From positions 4,960,001 to 5,024,000 of the forward strand of contig NC_081332.1 in NCBI RefSeq assembly GCF_022539665.2: 64,000 nt of DNA, read 5' to 3'. Source of the DNA: Daphnia carinata. Lineage: Eukaryota. How positions within the stretch are numbered: the stretch's first letter is position 1; each line of letters begins with the position of its first letter. Shown here in pieces: positions 12,701-26,423 of the stretch. Made by a program: the position numbers and the translations under genes. The notes beneath the pieces are model-generated. The model saw nothing but the letters and a program-made list of their open reading frames with translations. It ran no database searches and was not told the origin of the DNA.

Positions 12701-15700
12701 TGGAACGATGAAGAACAAAAGAAAGAGACGACAAACCAAATCAAACAAAACAGAGACACACATCACTCGTCCAACAATAGGACGCATGTCGTTTGATGTT
12801 GGAACACCTAGATGTGCTACCATTGCTGACTAATGTTACACTTGTCGGCGTTCTCTTGGAAGGGTGATTCTCCAAAAGGGCAAACACTCAAAATGACGGA
12901 CGAGACCATCGACTATTGCATTTAAAACAACAACAAAAAAAGAAATTCGGTGTAACATGTATGAAAATCACATCGCACCCACATTGTGTTGAAATAAGAA
13001 ACTAATCAATTGAGCTAAAATGAACAAGAAGGCGGTTAAGAAGTTTCAATCGAGCGTGTTGCAGCCGTCATCAAATGTTAGCTGCAACCTCGAACTTCCT
13101 AATTGGATCAGTAACACGGCGCTGCTCACACGCGATCGCACCAGAATTTCGGAAGCATCGACATTCTTTTTTCTTTCTTGCATTCAACACGCCTACAGAC
13201 AGTCCAACTTTCAAAATTGCTATTCACAATCGAATTGATTTATCTTTTTCTAAAAACAAAAAAACAAAAAAAAATTCCTGTCTTCCTCGTCTTCTGATCT
13301 AGGAATCCTAACTAAGAGATATCTCTAAAAAAGAAAAAAAAAAAGAAAATTTTTACATTCACGAGCCAGAACCGGAAGCCTTTCAAAAATGTCTTTTTCT
13401 TTTTTTATACTCCTCTTTTTCCTTGATTCCTTTCCTTTTGGGTCTCTTTCTTCCTGTCGCGGTAGTGTAGTGTGGTGGACCTTCTTTAAACCGATAACAC
13501 ATCATCAAAGACGTGTCTCTCCTTTCCAACCCTGACGCAAAAGGATGTTGACTTAAAAGGACACGCGCGCTCTCTCCCTAGATCTCGATCCGACTCCGCT
13601 TCCGCCAGCAACTCCTTCCTCTTTTGTTGCATATATAAAGAAGAAGAAGAACTCGCCACACACACAATTGCTAGCCGTTTTTCGCTGTCGATTGTTTCCG
13701 GAGTAGTCCCTGCCATTTTTATCATGGCAATGAGATCGAGCGTGGAAATAGGGGGGGAAAGAAAAACGTCTTAAGTGGAACAACTAAAGAAAGTTAAAGA
13801 AAGAAAACGATGATGACTGCTGGATCGAGATCGAATGACGATTCAGAAAAAAATATTTTTCATTTTTTCTTTTGATTATTCAAGGGCCAGTCACGACCAT
13901 TCGCTTCTCAGTGCAATTCGCTTGTTCCCTTTTCTATTTTTCTTTTGATAAAAAAATACGAAGGGGGAAAAAGAAAAAAAAAAAAAAAGAATAAGACGGG
14001 CAATCCAGCACGTTTGGAGAGCGAAAAATAAAACACGAGCGGTAGCTGCATCCCCAACTGTCACTTTACTTATCTTGATTGACACGAACCAATCTCTTTT
14101 CAATAGTCAACAATCACCCGGATTCAATCGGCTGCGTACCGCAAGATTCCACCTCCTTGGCCCCGCCTTTCCACAATTTCGATTACAAGCAGAAAATGGA
14201 TAAGAAAAGAAGTAGAAAGGAATTGTAGAGAAATCGATATCGCTAGACTCTGCCAACAAAAAAAAAAGGGGGGGGGGCATTGTAGGGTTGATAGTTAATA
14301 GTAAGACGTTTTTTTTGTGTGTGTGTGTGTGTGTGTACAATGCGTAGACAAGCTCATTTCGATTCCAGCAGCGGACAGACTCGCGTAATACACTACACTT
14401 CCTTCTTTTCGCCATCCGGTTGGAGAGGCGGAAGAATCGATCAAACGACTGCGGGTGCCCCGACTTTTTGATCCCGGATGCATTTCGGCTTCAAAAGAGC
14501 GTCAGTAGCCATTTTAGCCCTACATCATTTTCATTTCTTGCCACCAAAATGAGTAGGTCAAAAATTAAATGCAATATCGCCATAAAAAAGGGAATCCCTG
14601 TTGATCGAGGATATCAATCTCGTTGCATCTAAAACGCGTAAATCTCAAGCAAAAAAAAAAAAATAAAAAATAAAGAAAACAAAGTCTACATGATTTATAG
14701 ACTCGATTTTTAACACGCACAACAGCAACAACAACAACAACAAAAAAAAATGCAGTAGCCCAACAAGTTTTTAAGGATGGCACTACTAAATGGTGGAATG
14801 GGAAAGGGAAAAAAAAAAAGCTCGGGGGGTAGCCATGAATCACGTCCCGATAACGAAGCGAATGATTGCGTCCATACGGGCTAGCTTCGAAAAAACGGCG
14901 CCTCGTTCTATAATAAAGACGTCGCCGTATCGTTCAACTCTTTTTTTTTTTTTTTTTCTTATTCAGTCCCCTCCCGCATCTTCCATCCTCGAACGTGTTG
15001 GCCTAACAGAAAGATTGTTGCGACGTGTTTTGAACACGGCCTACGGTGCAAGTTTATCCCTGCCGTACGACCAACACGAAAGATAAAAAAAAAAAAACGA
15101 AAGGTTATTTTAAGTTTGCGCTGTACACGACTGGCTGCTGGAAACAAAAACATGGAACAAGAAAAAAGAGGCAAGAGACGACAACGGCCGGGTGAGAGAA
15201 TAAAACTGATTTTCTTTTTCTTTTTTTTTTCTAGACCGTTCCCCATTTTCTTCTTATAGCGCACAGCCGTTTTCAAAAGAAAGAAGCACTTGACTCGGGA
15301 AAAAAAATGTCGTTAACGTTATTTTTTTTTTCCCTCTACGAGAGGGGAGAGAGAGAAAACAAAACAAAACAAAACAAATGAGGGAAAGAGAAAGAAAAAA
15401 AAAAAGGCACCACAAGGATTCCGGCTCTATCCATGTGGCGACAGCTGTCTCAACTTGATACTGGCGCATCTATTAGCCGCCTATAGCCCCCCCCGACTGA
15501 CGAAATTGAATAATCATTATCGTTCTGCCATCCCGCGTATCTCTTTTTTTTTCTTGGCTTTTCAAATCCCAATGCAAATTGTTTTCAACCCCCTCCCCAC
15601 TTCTCTTTTCTTTTTGTCACAGAAAAAAAAACCTTTCCGCATGATTTCAATCAAATTTTCTAAAAAGCTGCCTCTTTTTTTTTTTTCTTGTAACCACCCC

Positions 15701-16157
15701 CCCCCCCCCATAAAAAAAAAAAGAAGGAAAAACGTAAATGGAATTGACAAGTTTCGTCTTGGATTGACGTGCGGGATCAATACGAACGTCACAAAAGAGA
15801 TGCCTCAGACAAAAAAAAAAAAGAGTAGACTCAACATTGTGTACAAGAAAGAGAATAGATTGAAGAGCTACATACACACAGCAAAAAGAAAAAAAAAATT
15901 GAAAGAAACAAAAAAAAAAAAAAAAAACAGGGCGTAAGATGCTGACGAGGCGCTGCGGCGAGGCAAAGCTTCGTTATCCATCGACAAAAGGCGTGAGCCG
16001 ACGTCGGGCCTGGTCCGACGGAAGCCAATAATGTAACAAAAGAAACGCAAAGAAAGTTGTCTGTGGCGATATCGCAAGCGGCCAATCCGGCCGCACATGA
16101 TTAGCGGTCGACCACACGAAAAAAAAAAAATAAAATAAAAGAGAAGGAGGAACTTAC

Positions 16158-16242
16158 CCAAATTGTCGGCGTTCGACGACGATGCGGCCAACAGGAAGAG
16201 GAGCAACCACGGCGTGATGCATCCACCACTGGGATGGCCCAT
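16158..16242 (-). CDS. First coding exon (signal peptide) of an unidentified secreted or membrane protein gene; remaining exons appear to lie left of the window
   Basis: MGHPSGGCITPWLLLFLLAASSSNADNL-G has an h-region WLLLFLLAA and a small-residue cleavage region, and ends at a consensus phase-1 donor TTG G|gtaagt. A correctly spaced Inr+DPE lies about 400 nt upstream. Confidence 0.6.
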
Positions 16243-16342
16243 CCTGCCGGCTGGATTCACAGCCGACGAACGACCATGTTTCACGGTCCAATTCGCACAC
16301 TGCAATTCGATCAACATTTTTGGGTTTGGTTAACTTTAATTT

Positions 16343-16373
<31 letters not shown>

Positions 16374-16605
16374 CACTTTCGCACTGTTTTTACTCAGTTC
16401 GAAAAACACACGAGATAATCGGTCAGAAATGGAACACAAATTGACGAGGCCACTGTTTGAAAAAAGAAAACAAAAGCAAAACAAAAAAACAAATCCGATC
16501 CCCACGTGTCACACGTATAATCGAATCACAGTCTGTCCAATTGACTCGGTCGATGAACGAGAAAATGAAATTATCAGCGGGCAACCCGACAGCTAAAAAT
16601 GGGGG

Positions 16606-16639
16606 GATCCACTCGGCTCGACAGTCGGCGCCGTACTAA
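16606..16639 (-). promoter_or_regulatory. Inr + DPE core promoter candidate for the 16242 leader exon
   Basis: Minus strand Inr-like TTA(+1 at 16637)GTA, G at +24, and GGATC (RGWYV) at exactly +28 to +32 (16610-16606), the Drosophila-type DPE spacing. Confidence 0.45.
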
Positions 16640-19600
16640 AACACACCATTGAAAAAAGGGGATATAAAGAAAGGAAAAAAAAAAAAAAAAACATCTCCGT
16701 TCCTTTTCCTTTTCTCTCTTATTCTCTCTCTCTCTCCCTTATTTTTTTCTTCCTCCTCCTCCCCCCCCCCCTGTTTCCCCCGGAAGGTGTATGCGTGCGT
16801 TCCAGCCCCCTTCTAGCAAATAGCCACACTAGTAGCATGCAAAGGATATGGTAAAGATACATACCGGCTCAAATCTGGCCAGGGGTTTTCCATACGGCCG
16901 TTTGCTTGTGCCCCGCCATCAACCCCAAAACGAAACCATAGTTTGAACTCGTGTTCCAAAACATTCAATCGAAGGATCACGCTGCACTGTGTACCTTTTG
17001 CCAAAACACGCGAGCCTTCGTATTCAGTTTTACGTGCGTTTTCAAGTTCAGCATGTTGATCCCGTTTTTTTTTTTTTTAAGAAGCTAAACATTTGCCTTC
17101 GGCTCAGCGTGAAGCGGCCATGGACTAAGAGGGAGCGGATGGCTAATCAGAATTGACACGAATGAGAGAGAAGTAGATCCTGTTAAGGAATAAAAAAAAA
17201 AAAGGGAGGATCCGCATTTGAAAAAAAAAAAAGGATAGAAACATCTGTTAAGCAAAGTCCGCTGTCATTCGTTACTCGCACACACACACAGGGACTGTTA
17301 TAACAAGAACGTTCCAGTTTGGGAGTGTAAGCAAAAGACGGCTGGACACATACACAAACAGTTGTTCCGATCCCCACTTCCCTTTTTTGCTTTGTGCTGT
17401 GCAAACGAATTAGATTTTCCCTTTTCTTTTCTTTTTCTTAAAGCTAGGGATCGAAATGGAATGGCTGTCTCATTGGAAGAGATTAACGAAGGATTAAAAT
17501 CGGATGAAAAGATCGTCAACAAATTTTCGTTTTTGGAGCGTTTGATTTTTATGTGGAACTCTGTCTTGCGTCTATCGTTACGACTTGCGACTACACTGAA
17601 GATGATCATTCGTTTCGTCTTTGTTTGTGTGCGAAGGGATAGACTTAAGACTCGGAACGGATTTTCTTGCTGCGCCACTTTAGACTGTCGATTGACAGGC
17701 ATCAACGCAACACGAGGAACTCACGTTTTTTTTTTTCCTTTCCTGAACGGACCTTTAGCTGATGTCGTTGCAAGGCTCACGTACGAGACAAAGTCGTCGT
17801 TCGTGAGGAAACGAGCAAAAAAGAAAATGGGATGAGCAACGAGTCAAAGAGAACAGACAACGACAGCCACAAGTTCACAGAGTCCCCCCCTTTCTGCTTC
17901 CCAATTTATTATTAAGTGCTCAAGCCTAGTATGCAAGGTTTCCTCTCTGCAGGGTACACATATGTGTTGTACTTGAAGAGTTAAAAAATATATATATATA
18001 TGAATAAGGTACTTCGTCATAGGAATCAAAATGTTCGCAGGTGATTATGCATCGCTCGGCGATGATGCGCACAGGTTTCTTCGATTCACAGTCAAATCAT
18101 ATAAGAGAAAATGAATTTCTTTTTTTTTTTATTGCTGATGTCACTGCGGCAACGGCCAAGAAATCTCATTATGATTTACATCCCATCACGTACGATGGTC
18201 GACCCCAATACTTCGAGGCAATGAAATCAGCGTATGATGAGGACAGTACGGAAAGAAGACGGGGGCGAACAAATCTGGACATCGTTTGATTGGCTCTGTG
18301 GAGGCCGACATAATAACATCAGAGCCGCATTCACAGTTAGCCACTAGACGAAATGAAACAAGCCGTTCCCAGCTCCTCCCTTTTTGATTTTTCTCTCTGA
18401 AAATTCCTAATCAAAAATCCTGCTATTCTTTTTTTTTTTTGCCGTCTGGACCATCATTCACCTCCATGTCATTCCCTTTATTACGAATAGAACCAAATCG
18501 GAAATGTCTGGCTTTTGTTGCGAGCTCCAATCGATGCCAGCATCTACGCACACAGCATTACATTGATAGAATAACGATTTTTGTTTTATTTTTCTGTTTT
18601 TGCTTTCACCTTCTGTTTGTCTACGCATTGTGCAGCGTACAACTGTATATAAAGACCTACTCGATTGAAGCGTGTGCCCCGGTCCCTTATCAATGTGATT
18701 AACGGGAAGCAAGCAGAGCGGAAAGACATTGGCAGCAGTAATGGCGATAGAACTAGACGCAAACAAGAATCAAAGTTTGTTGTTCGGCATTTGCAGAAAA
18801 ATCAAAACGAAAATTGATACTGAAAAAAGCACAATTCGACGGGTAATAGATCTACGTGCGCTAACGCACTTTTTTTTTTTTTTTTAAAGCAATCAAGTTC
18901 CCAGTGAGATGGAATGGTCGCAAGGGGAGTACTATACGTATTCTACACGCTTATATAGCCCAGAGAGTTCGTAGGTGTAGAAGAAGAGAAAGAGCGAGGG
19001 CGGAATAAGAGTTTTGCGCTGACAGGCACTGCGGGGCCAAATCCTATGGTCTCATCATCGTCAACGAAGACGTGAAACTCTCACTTTTCCTCTTCGATGG
19101 CGTTGAGGTGACGACAAGGCTTTCAACTTTTTTGAAAGAGGAAGATAGAGAGGGAAAAAAAAAAAAAGGGAAGCAAAAATATTCCCATTGGAGGCGTTGG
19201 TTGCGAACGCTTCCGTCTTTACATCACTCGTCATCTCCATCAGATAGTATAATAACAATAATACCATCTTCATTTATATTTATAGCCCTCATTACACGTC
19301 CCTGACTGCCAGTATATCTTTACTCAAATTCATTATAATTAAGGCGCTTCTCGCCGGCTATTAGCAGCGATGGAAAAATGTCCACAGACAGTCGCGTCCC
19401 TTAACGTAATGCGATGCTATTAGAAAATATTTTGGTTCATCATTTATAATTAAACGGTCAGTGTCAGATTTCTAAGGTACTTCCATGCGAGGGTTTATAA
19501 ATCCCATTCAACGTTCGTACGAAAAACTATTCGCAAATCGTGCATCTCTTTTCTCTGACGTCAATGCCTCACACTAAATAAACTGTGAGGCTTCGCATCA

Positions 19601-21809
19601 TTCGACAAAGCAGCGGCACATTTTAAATTATTCATGGCCCATGATAGGCAACGCAATAAAACAAAAAGCTCTGTCAACTTTGTACAGCATCGATCGATCT
19701 TCCGTAGCGATCAAATCCGGTTTGCCGATTCTCTGCTCAGCATTTTCGTGTCTGTATACAATTGTTTGTTTTATTTATTTATTTATTTATTTTTCAAAAT
19801 AGCAATTGCTAAAGTCATTTCGCGTATAATCGCCTTTCAATCGAAGCGATCCGCACAGCAAAAAGGAAACAAAGAAAACCTTAAAAAAAAATATAAAATA
19901 AATAAATGCGACTGCACTGCGAAGCAAATGAAGACCGGTGGGCGAGCGGCTTTAGTTGCTGCGCTTCAATTGATCGAGAGGAGAGAACAATAAGAGAGTG
20001 GATTTGATCGTACAGTACTCGAACTGCGAAGAATTGCAATTTCAGCAATCGTACATTCGTATACGAGAATCGGAGGATGGCCCTACGATGGCAAGTATAA
20101 GCTTAAAATTCGAATCGATATGAACAAACGGACTTTCAAAAAAAATAATCGATTCCATTTTCGTTGAAGAGATTGAAGAAAATCAACATTTGAATAGAGC
20201 AAAGAGAAATCACATGTGTAAAAAGGAATTGAAACCAAAATAAGGGCCAAGAAATCTTACTGCTAATGGCCTGTTGGCTCTAATCAAAGTATACAGGATA
20301 TGTATACATCTGTAAAACACTTTCGAAGAGGGTCCCTTCTCGTATGCCCCCTTCATTCTTTTGTCTTAACTCTCATAACTTCTTTCTTTTTTGTTCTAGG
20401 ATGTGCTGTATTATATAAATAGACTCCAGGGCGCAACTCTCTTTTTTTTTTCTACGCCGTAAAGGCACGTGGTCTATTCGTCTTTTGGCAGCTGGCCTTT
20501 CATACAGCTAGTCTATTACACCGCAGTACACGAAAATGAACAGTCATTTCGCTCTTTCCTTGAAACTTCCCTTTTTTTTTTTTTTTTTTTTGCTGATGTA
20601 TGTACAGCAAAGACCCCGATTGTGTGTCACGCATCACTTGAAGCATGGACACACACAAAAACGTTACCCATTTTTATTATTATTTTTTTTTCTACTACTG
20701 CTATTACGCCCGTCTGGGACGACTCACGCTTCTCGGATCCGGGATGTGATCGATTGACGTGTACGAAACCTCCGCCACTGTTTCGTGTAGCGGAACAATC
20801 TGAGATTAAAAAAACAAAAACAAAAAAAAACAACCTTCCAAACATAAAAAAAAAAAAAAAAAGAAATCTCTAAAAATAATGTTTTTATCATTTCACAACG
20901 GCGATGATGAGCGATTATTAACGTTGACAATCAACGCCATTCTCATCCATTGTAAGAAGAATCTCTTTTGACTCTTCGCTGCGTTAGACACGGTAATGAT
21001 ACGTAACGAGACTGGCCAAAAGCATGCATGTGGGTGTGTGTGTGTGTGTGTGCCCGTCCCGAAAAAAAAGGGGGGGGGATTGAGTCTCTCGACAACACCA
21101 GTAATACTTAAAGGAGAACGAAAAAAGCACGCACGAGAGTTAGGCAAACAAGAAAAGTCATCTTGTTGTGCGGCGTGAATGAGCCGAAGGGGAATCGAAG
21201 ACAAACAAACAATGGCCATTAGAGTGCAGTCCATATAGTTCGGTTTAAAACATCTGAAGAAAGACGTTGACTGCTGAGAGCAACAACTTCGTACAACTTG
21301 AAAAAATAAAAATAAAAATAAAATGCTATACGCTGGAAGGATACGTATTTTCTGGAGCCGCTATTCAAATATGGATCAGTCAGAAAACAGCGGAAATCTA
21401 TTCCGGTGTAGGGAGAAGGGGGAGGGAAAAAAAGGAGAAAGGCATGTCCTGTTGTAATCTCATTTTGTGTGGCTCCGGATGGCATCTTATCTCAAGAATG
21501 TTTTGTTTCGGTTTTTTTTTTTTTTTTTTTTTTTGTTTCGTTCTGGTTGAACTATAAGAAACGACGACATCAAAATCAACAAGTCTAGGGCCTACACGAT
21601 GGTGTGTCAATCAAACCATCAGGTGGTCTTGATACGTTGAAATAAAAATTTAAAAAAAAAAAAAAAAAAAAAAGTAATCCATCAACGTCGGTTATAAATT
21701 ACATTTTCACCCCCTTTGTTTTCTTTTCACGAAGAAAAATGTGTAGTACATAAATTTACTTTGCCCTGGGTTTAACGCATCCTAACGCTTTATCAGAAGT
21801 TGATGAAAT

Positions 21810-21815
21810 TTTATT
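21810..21815 (-). terminator. Candidate polyadenylation signal of the epoxide hydrolase gene
   Basis: AATAAA on the minus strand about 60 nt after the TGA at 21876. Confidence 0.4.
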
Positions 21816-21875
21816 AGCTTGATTTCAACTATTGTTCTTTTTTAAAAAGAAGAAAGAAATGACTTTAAAAATCAA

Positions 21876-24800
21876 TCAAACTTTTCCCAAGAATTCACGA
21901 ATCTTTCGATTGACGTTATGCGGAGCGTCTTGTTGTACCCAATGTGACGCTTCGGGAATCAGGCCAAGAGTGAAGTTCTCCGCCCATCTGTCATCGTTAG
22001 AAGTCGAAAAAAAAAAATAGAATAGAAAAGAAAAGTTTACAAAACTATCATTTTTCTGGCTGATGGAGATTAGTAAAACACAGAATAAGGGGGTAAGGGG
22101 GTTATTTCTAAACCCAGAGCCTCTTTAAATTAAAAAAAAAAAATGAACTTAAATTTCAAAGAATCTTTTCGAATGTACCCCTTAAAAAAATAAAAATAAA
22201 TAAGAACAAAAATATTATTACTTGGCTGATTGATGAGCCATGGAGATGTTAAGGAAACGATCCTCGCCGCCCCAGATAAGCAACGTCGGCACTTTGACCA
22301 CAATACCTTCTTGGCCCATCGTATCGGGATCGATCATGCTCCGGTAATAGTTGATCGGACCGGTTAAATCGTCTAAACCAAATTTTTTTTTCATTCATTT
22401 TTTGAAAGATAACAAACACAAAATGAAACACGGACAGCACAAGCTGTTGTAAAAAAAATAAAATGTTGGGAGAAAAAAAAAAAAAATCCTGAATAACAAG
22501 ATTCCCTTAGAAAAAATGCGGCGGGTTCCAGAAACATTCCAAACAGACGATAACTGAGAGCTCCAAAAAAAAAGAAAAAAAAAAAAAAAGGACCATCGAG
22601 CTAGATTCGGTTTGACAGCGACATGGAACGCGTATTATATGTAAATAAATGGAGTTTAGACCTTTTCCGATGATAATGAATGGAGCGTGTGTGTTACATT
22701 GTCGTAGACGGGGGGTGGGGCTAATGGAAAGAGACCGGCCAGCAATAGAGATGGGGATAAAAAAAAAAAAAAGAAAAGAAAAAGAAGACTTACTTCGACG
22801 TCGATAGAGATACAGATAGGCCTTGGCGTCTTCCTCTATCAGCCCTGGACGCTGGAACAACCAACGGAAAAGGGAAGCACGGAACGCTGTGAGCAGTAGT
22901 TCTGGCACGACGGGCAATTGGAAGAATACCATGTACCTATTAAGGAATAATATCAAATTCAAAGTTATTTAGACATCATCATCAAATAGACAAAGTTTTC
23001 ATTTCCATCACACTGACCACGACTTGAAAATCTGCGTGAATTCGCTAGAAATGACGGAGATAAAGGCGGCCGGATGGGGGCAATTCATCGGCACGAAACG
23101 ACGGACCAATTGCGGATGGCGGATAACGACTTCCCAACCAATTCCGGCACCCCAGTCGTGAGCTAGTAGCACGTCACACTTGCCCTTACCTTCCAAAAAA
23201 AAAAAAAAAAAAAAAGATACAATAAAAAACAATGTTTGACAAATGATGGCTACTTGTCTCGTCCCTCATCATTGCCTACGAATTTCAATCAGCGTCCTTT
23301 GCTGTCTTGTTTCGTGTGAAAAATAAAAAGGGAGGCTTCCCCGATGGATTTTAAACACAATACAGAGGACAGCTGTCATGTCGCTTAGCCTTTAACAAAA
23401 GGAGAAGTAACACAAAAACAAACAAACAAAAAAAAAAAAAACATGAAGGAGGGATTTATGTCCATGCAAAGAAGTCGGACAAATGTCTAGCTAATGTCTC
23501 CCTGTGTGTATATAAGCCCTTGTGTACATTCAGAATTTATGATTCAAAACATTTTCATTAGCATAAGGCGCTCAGCGCAGGCCTCTTTGAACACACTGTA
23601 CAAATGAAACTTGTGTGACACTGCATCAAAACCGCACAAGGATTCCTCTGATGTGTGCCACTCCACCCACAACATTTCAAAAAGAAAGGAAAATTACAGG
23701 CCCCTCCGCGGTGGATGATGTCAAAAACCCACTCCCCCAAATGTCATTTGGTTCAGTTTTATGTACTAAAAAAGAGTAGCTTGTTATCTCAATCTAGTGT
23801 CACGCTACAATAGCCGGGTTTTCTTGTCTTTCGGGGGAAAAAAAAAAAAAATAGAAAATTCCGCACAGATGAAGATCAAAAGAGAAATTGGAGAGGAGTT
23901 GATTGTAACGCGGGACATCAAGTGTGTGCGTAACGAGCACTGCGCGCAACGTATTTCTTTACCCCGACTCAATAAGACAACGCAGATATACTAAGATGTC
24001 TTTGGTAATTTTACGTTATTGTTTGTTTTCGTGGCTTCCTCCCTGTCTTATCCTTTACCGTTGCTACGACCAATTTGCTATCGGTCACTAAGATCTCCAC
24101 TTCTCTCGAAAAGGCGATTTACGACTGCACGATTTTCTAATTATTTATTTATTTTTTTTTTCAAAAGCTTATTTTCTCCCTCAATCCCCTCACTCACCTA
24201 CGCTACAAGCTGTACTACCATCTCGTTTGGGATGTGTATCCTCGCAACGGGAAAAAAAAAACATACAAAGATAGTCGAGAAAACGACCGAAAGAAAAAGA
24301 AAAAAATAAAACATGGAGACAACAAGTTTCCCGGTCGTAAATCTTTTTTTTTTTTTCTTTCGGTGATTGTTTTCAATGTCTTTGAAAATGTACCAAAAAA
24401 AAAAAAAAAAAAAAGAAAAAAAGAGGAGAGCCCATAACAATTTTCTTGGGGTCAGCCACCAGGGCCGACTGAATAATAAACAAATCATCGTATAATCCAT
24501 CTAGTACGTATATCTTGTCCACCGTGGATGTTTTGCCTTAACATATGGATGATCAAATAAAATTTGGACGTACCGAGTACATCGATGATTTGGCGAACGT
24601 CGTCCACTAGCCTGTCCATCTTGTAGGCGTCGCGACCGTTAGGTTTGTCCGAGTCACCGTAGCCTCTCAAGTCGACCGCGACTACGCTGCAAACAAAAAC
24701 AAAAAAGAGAGGAACGTCAATATCTTAAATATTTTTTGTTGTTGTTGTTGTTGTAAATAAACGAAAAAAAAAAAAAAAAAAAAAAAAGGTGAGAAAAAAA

Positions 24801-25877
24801 AAAAAAATAAAACACCCAGCGTGAGTATCGCCTATAGCGTTTGGCTGGCTATAATCATAAATAACTCTCTTTCACGTTTTTTTTTTCTTTCGTTCTTCGC
24901 CCAGCCAATATAGAATGGGTAATATATCAATTTCCGCGTTCGACGGGCAAAAGGCGATATCAGGGACGGAGAGAGAGAGGTGTGTATGCGCCCTGGATGT
25001 GTCTGCCTCTCTCTCGCTACGGGGTGAAAGCAAACAATAACATCGGCAGAGAGAAAAGAGAGGCAACACACCAAGTCGAGGCGACACACCAGTTGGAAAT
25101 AGATAGATTTACGACCGACTTTTATTATTAACACCCGATTTTTCTTCGCAAGAGAATTTGATGAATCGTGTTCGGGATCGCCGTGTTCCTTTCCTAAAGT
25201 TACGCTCTACATTACACCGATGCTAGGGGGCTGTATGAACAAACAAGAAAAGACGACCCCAAACCCGGCAGCCCTATTTACTGTCAACATCTACTTTAAA
25301 TGCCCTGTTTTTTTTTTCCTTTCAAAACTGACATTCATTTCTTATTTTACATCTAAAAGAAATGTAACTATCGGCAATAAATAGTATAATACTTGACTAT
25401 TATACTCTTAAAGGAAAAATATGAATAAATTAGCATGGTACCGATGAGTGGACGCAAACTCTTTGAGCTGATGTCTCCATGAATACCAAAATTCAGGGAA
25501 GCCGTGCAGACAGAGCATCAGCGGTCGTGACGGGTTGCCAGCCTCAATGTAATGGATGCTCACGTCCTGATTTTAATTAGAAAATGATTTAGAACAGATT
25601 CGAAAAAAACGGGATAATAGGATTGATTTTGTTTTTGTTTTTGTTTTGATTAAAGGGTTTACACCTTTAACTGAACGAAATGGCTGTTGCCTAATCCTCG
25701 AGAGGTCAACCATCCTTTACTGCTTGTAGTTTTCTTCTTTTTAACTGTGCTGGTGTAGTCGGTGACGAGACTCCACGGCCAGAACACAACAAGGAATGGT
25801 ACAAGAAGAATCGTCACTATAGAAGACAGGAACCAAGTGACGCACCGAACTGCTATGCCAATAGCCAAGTTGGCCAT
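21876..25877 (-). CDS. EPHX4: Epoxide hydrolase, EPHX3/EPHX4-like alpha/beta hydrolase with N-terminal membrane anchor (7 exons, 342 aa)
   Basis: Exons: 25877-25665, 25566-25442, 24686-24574, 23189-23018, 22936-22794, 22372-22222, 21987-21876; all GT-AG and phase consistent (1029 nt). Motifs: HGFPEFWYSWRHQ oxyanion motif, DLRGYGDSDKP, AHDWG nucleophile Asp, KSWYM and PINYYR lid tyrosines, PTLLIWGGED acid, ASHWVQQD His. Orthology to EPHX4 versus EPHX3 is not resolved. Confidence 0.92.
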
Positions 25878-26416
25878 TACGGTGGGCACGGTCAACAACA
25901 AATTTTTGAAAAAAAACAAAACAAAAAAAAAACAAAAAACAAATCAGCAACAAAGTTGGCAGTTTTGCCCGTCAGGTTTCTTCCTTCTTTTTTCTTTTTT
26001 TTAAAGTGGAGAATTATGTGGTGCCCACGCCACCTTGGCAACGTGATGACTGGGGTACCTTTTTTTCTTTTTTTTTTTCAATATCTTTCTTTTCTTTTTT
26101 TTTTTGCTTTTCAATCTTCTCCGCCCTCTCCAGTGTGAGAGACTGGCCACACTAATCTTGGGACTTTTGGAATTGCTCCCGAACCCTGTCGTATAGACTG
26201 ACGTCCATCCATCTTATCGCCTTATCCGCTCAGTTGTGCACGATGGGCAAACGTCGTCTCGACCGTCGCACCGGACTTGACTTCGTTCCCGGAGGAGACT
26301 TGGGGAAATAAAAAAAAAAAAAAAAGGGACAAAATCTCAACGGTTACGCGTCTATTCAAATATTCACCAAGGTAATTCGACTTTGACTCTCGTCCTTGGA
26401 GCTTGGTTTTTGACTT

Positions 26417-26423
26417 TTTTATA
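26417..26423 (-). promoter_or_regulatory. Candidate TATA box for the epoxide hydrolase gene
   Basis: TATAAAA on the minus strand about 540 nt upstream of the ATG at 25877. Confidence 0.3.

Noticed and set aside
19061..19273. ORF starting MKMVLLLLYY as another leader exon
   Set aside because: Short hydrophobic core, no suitably placed GT donor, and it runs into a T tract.
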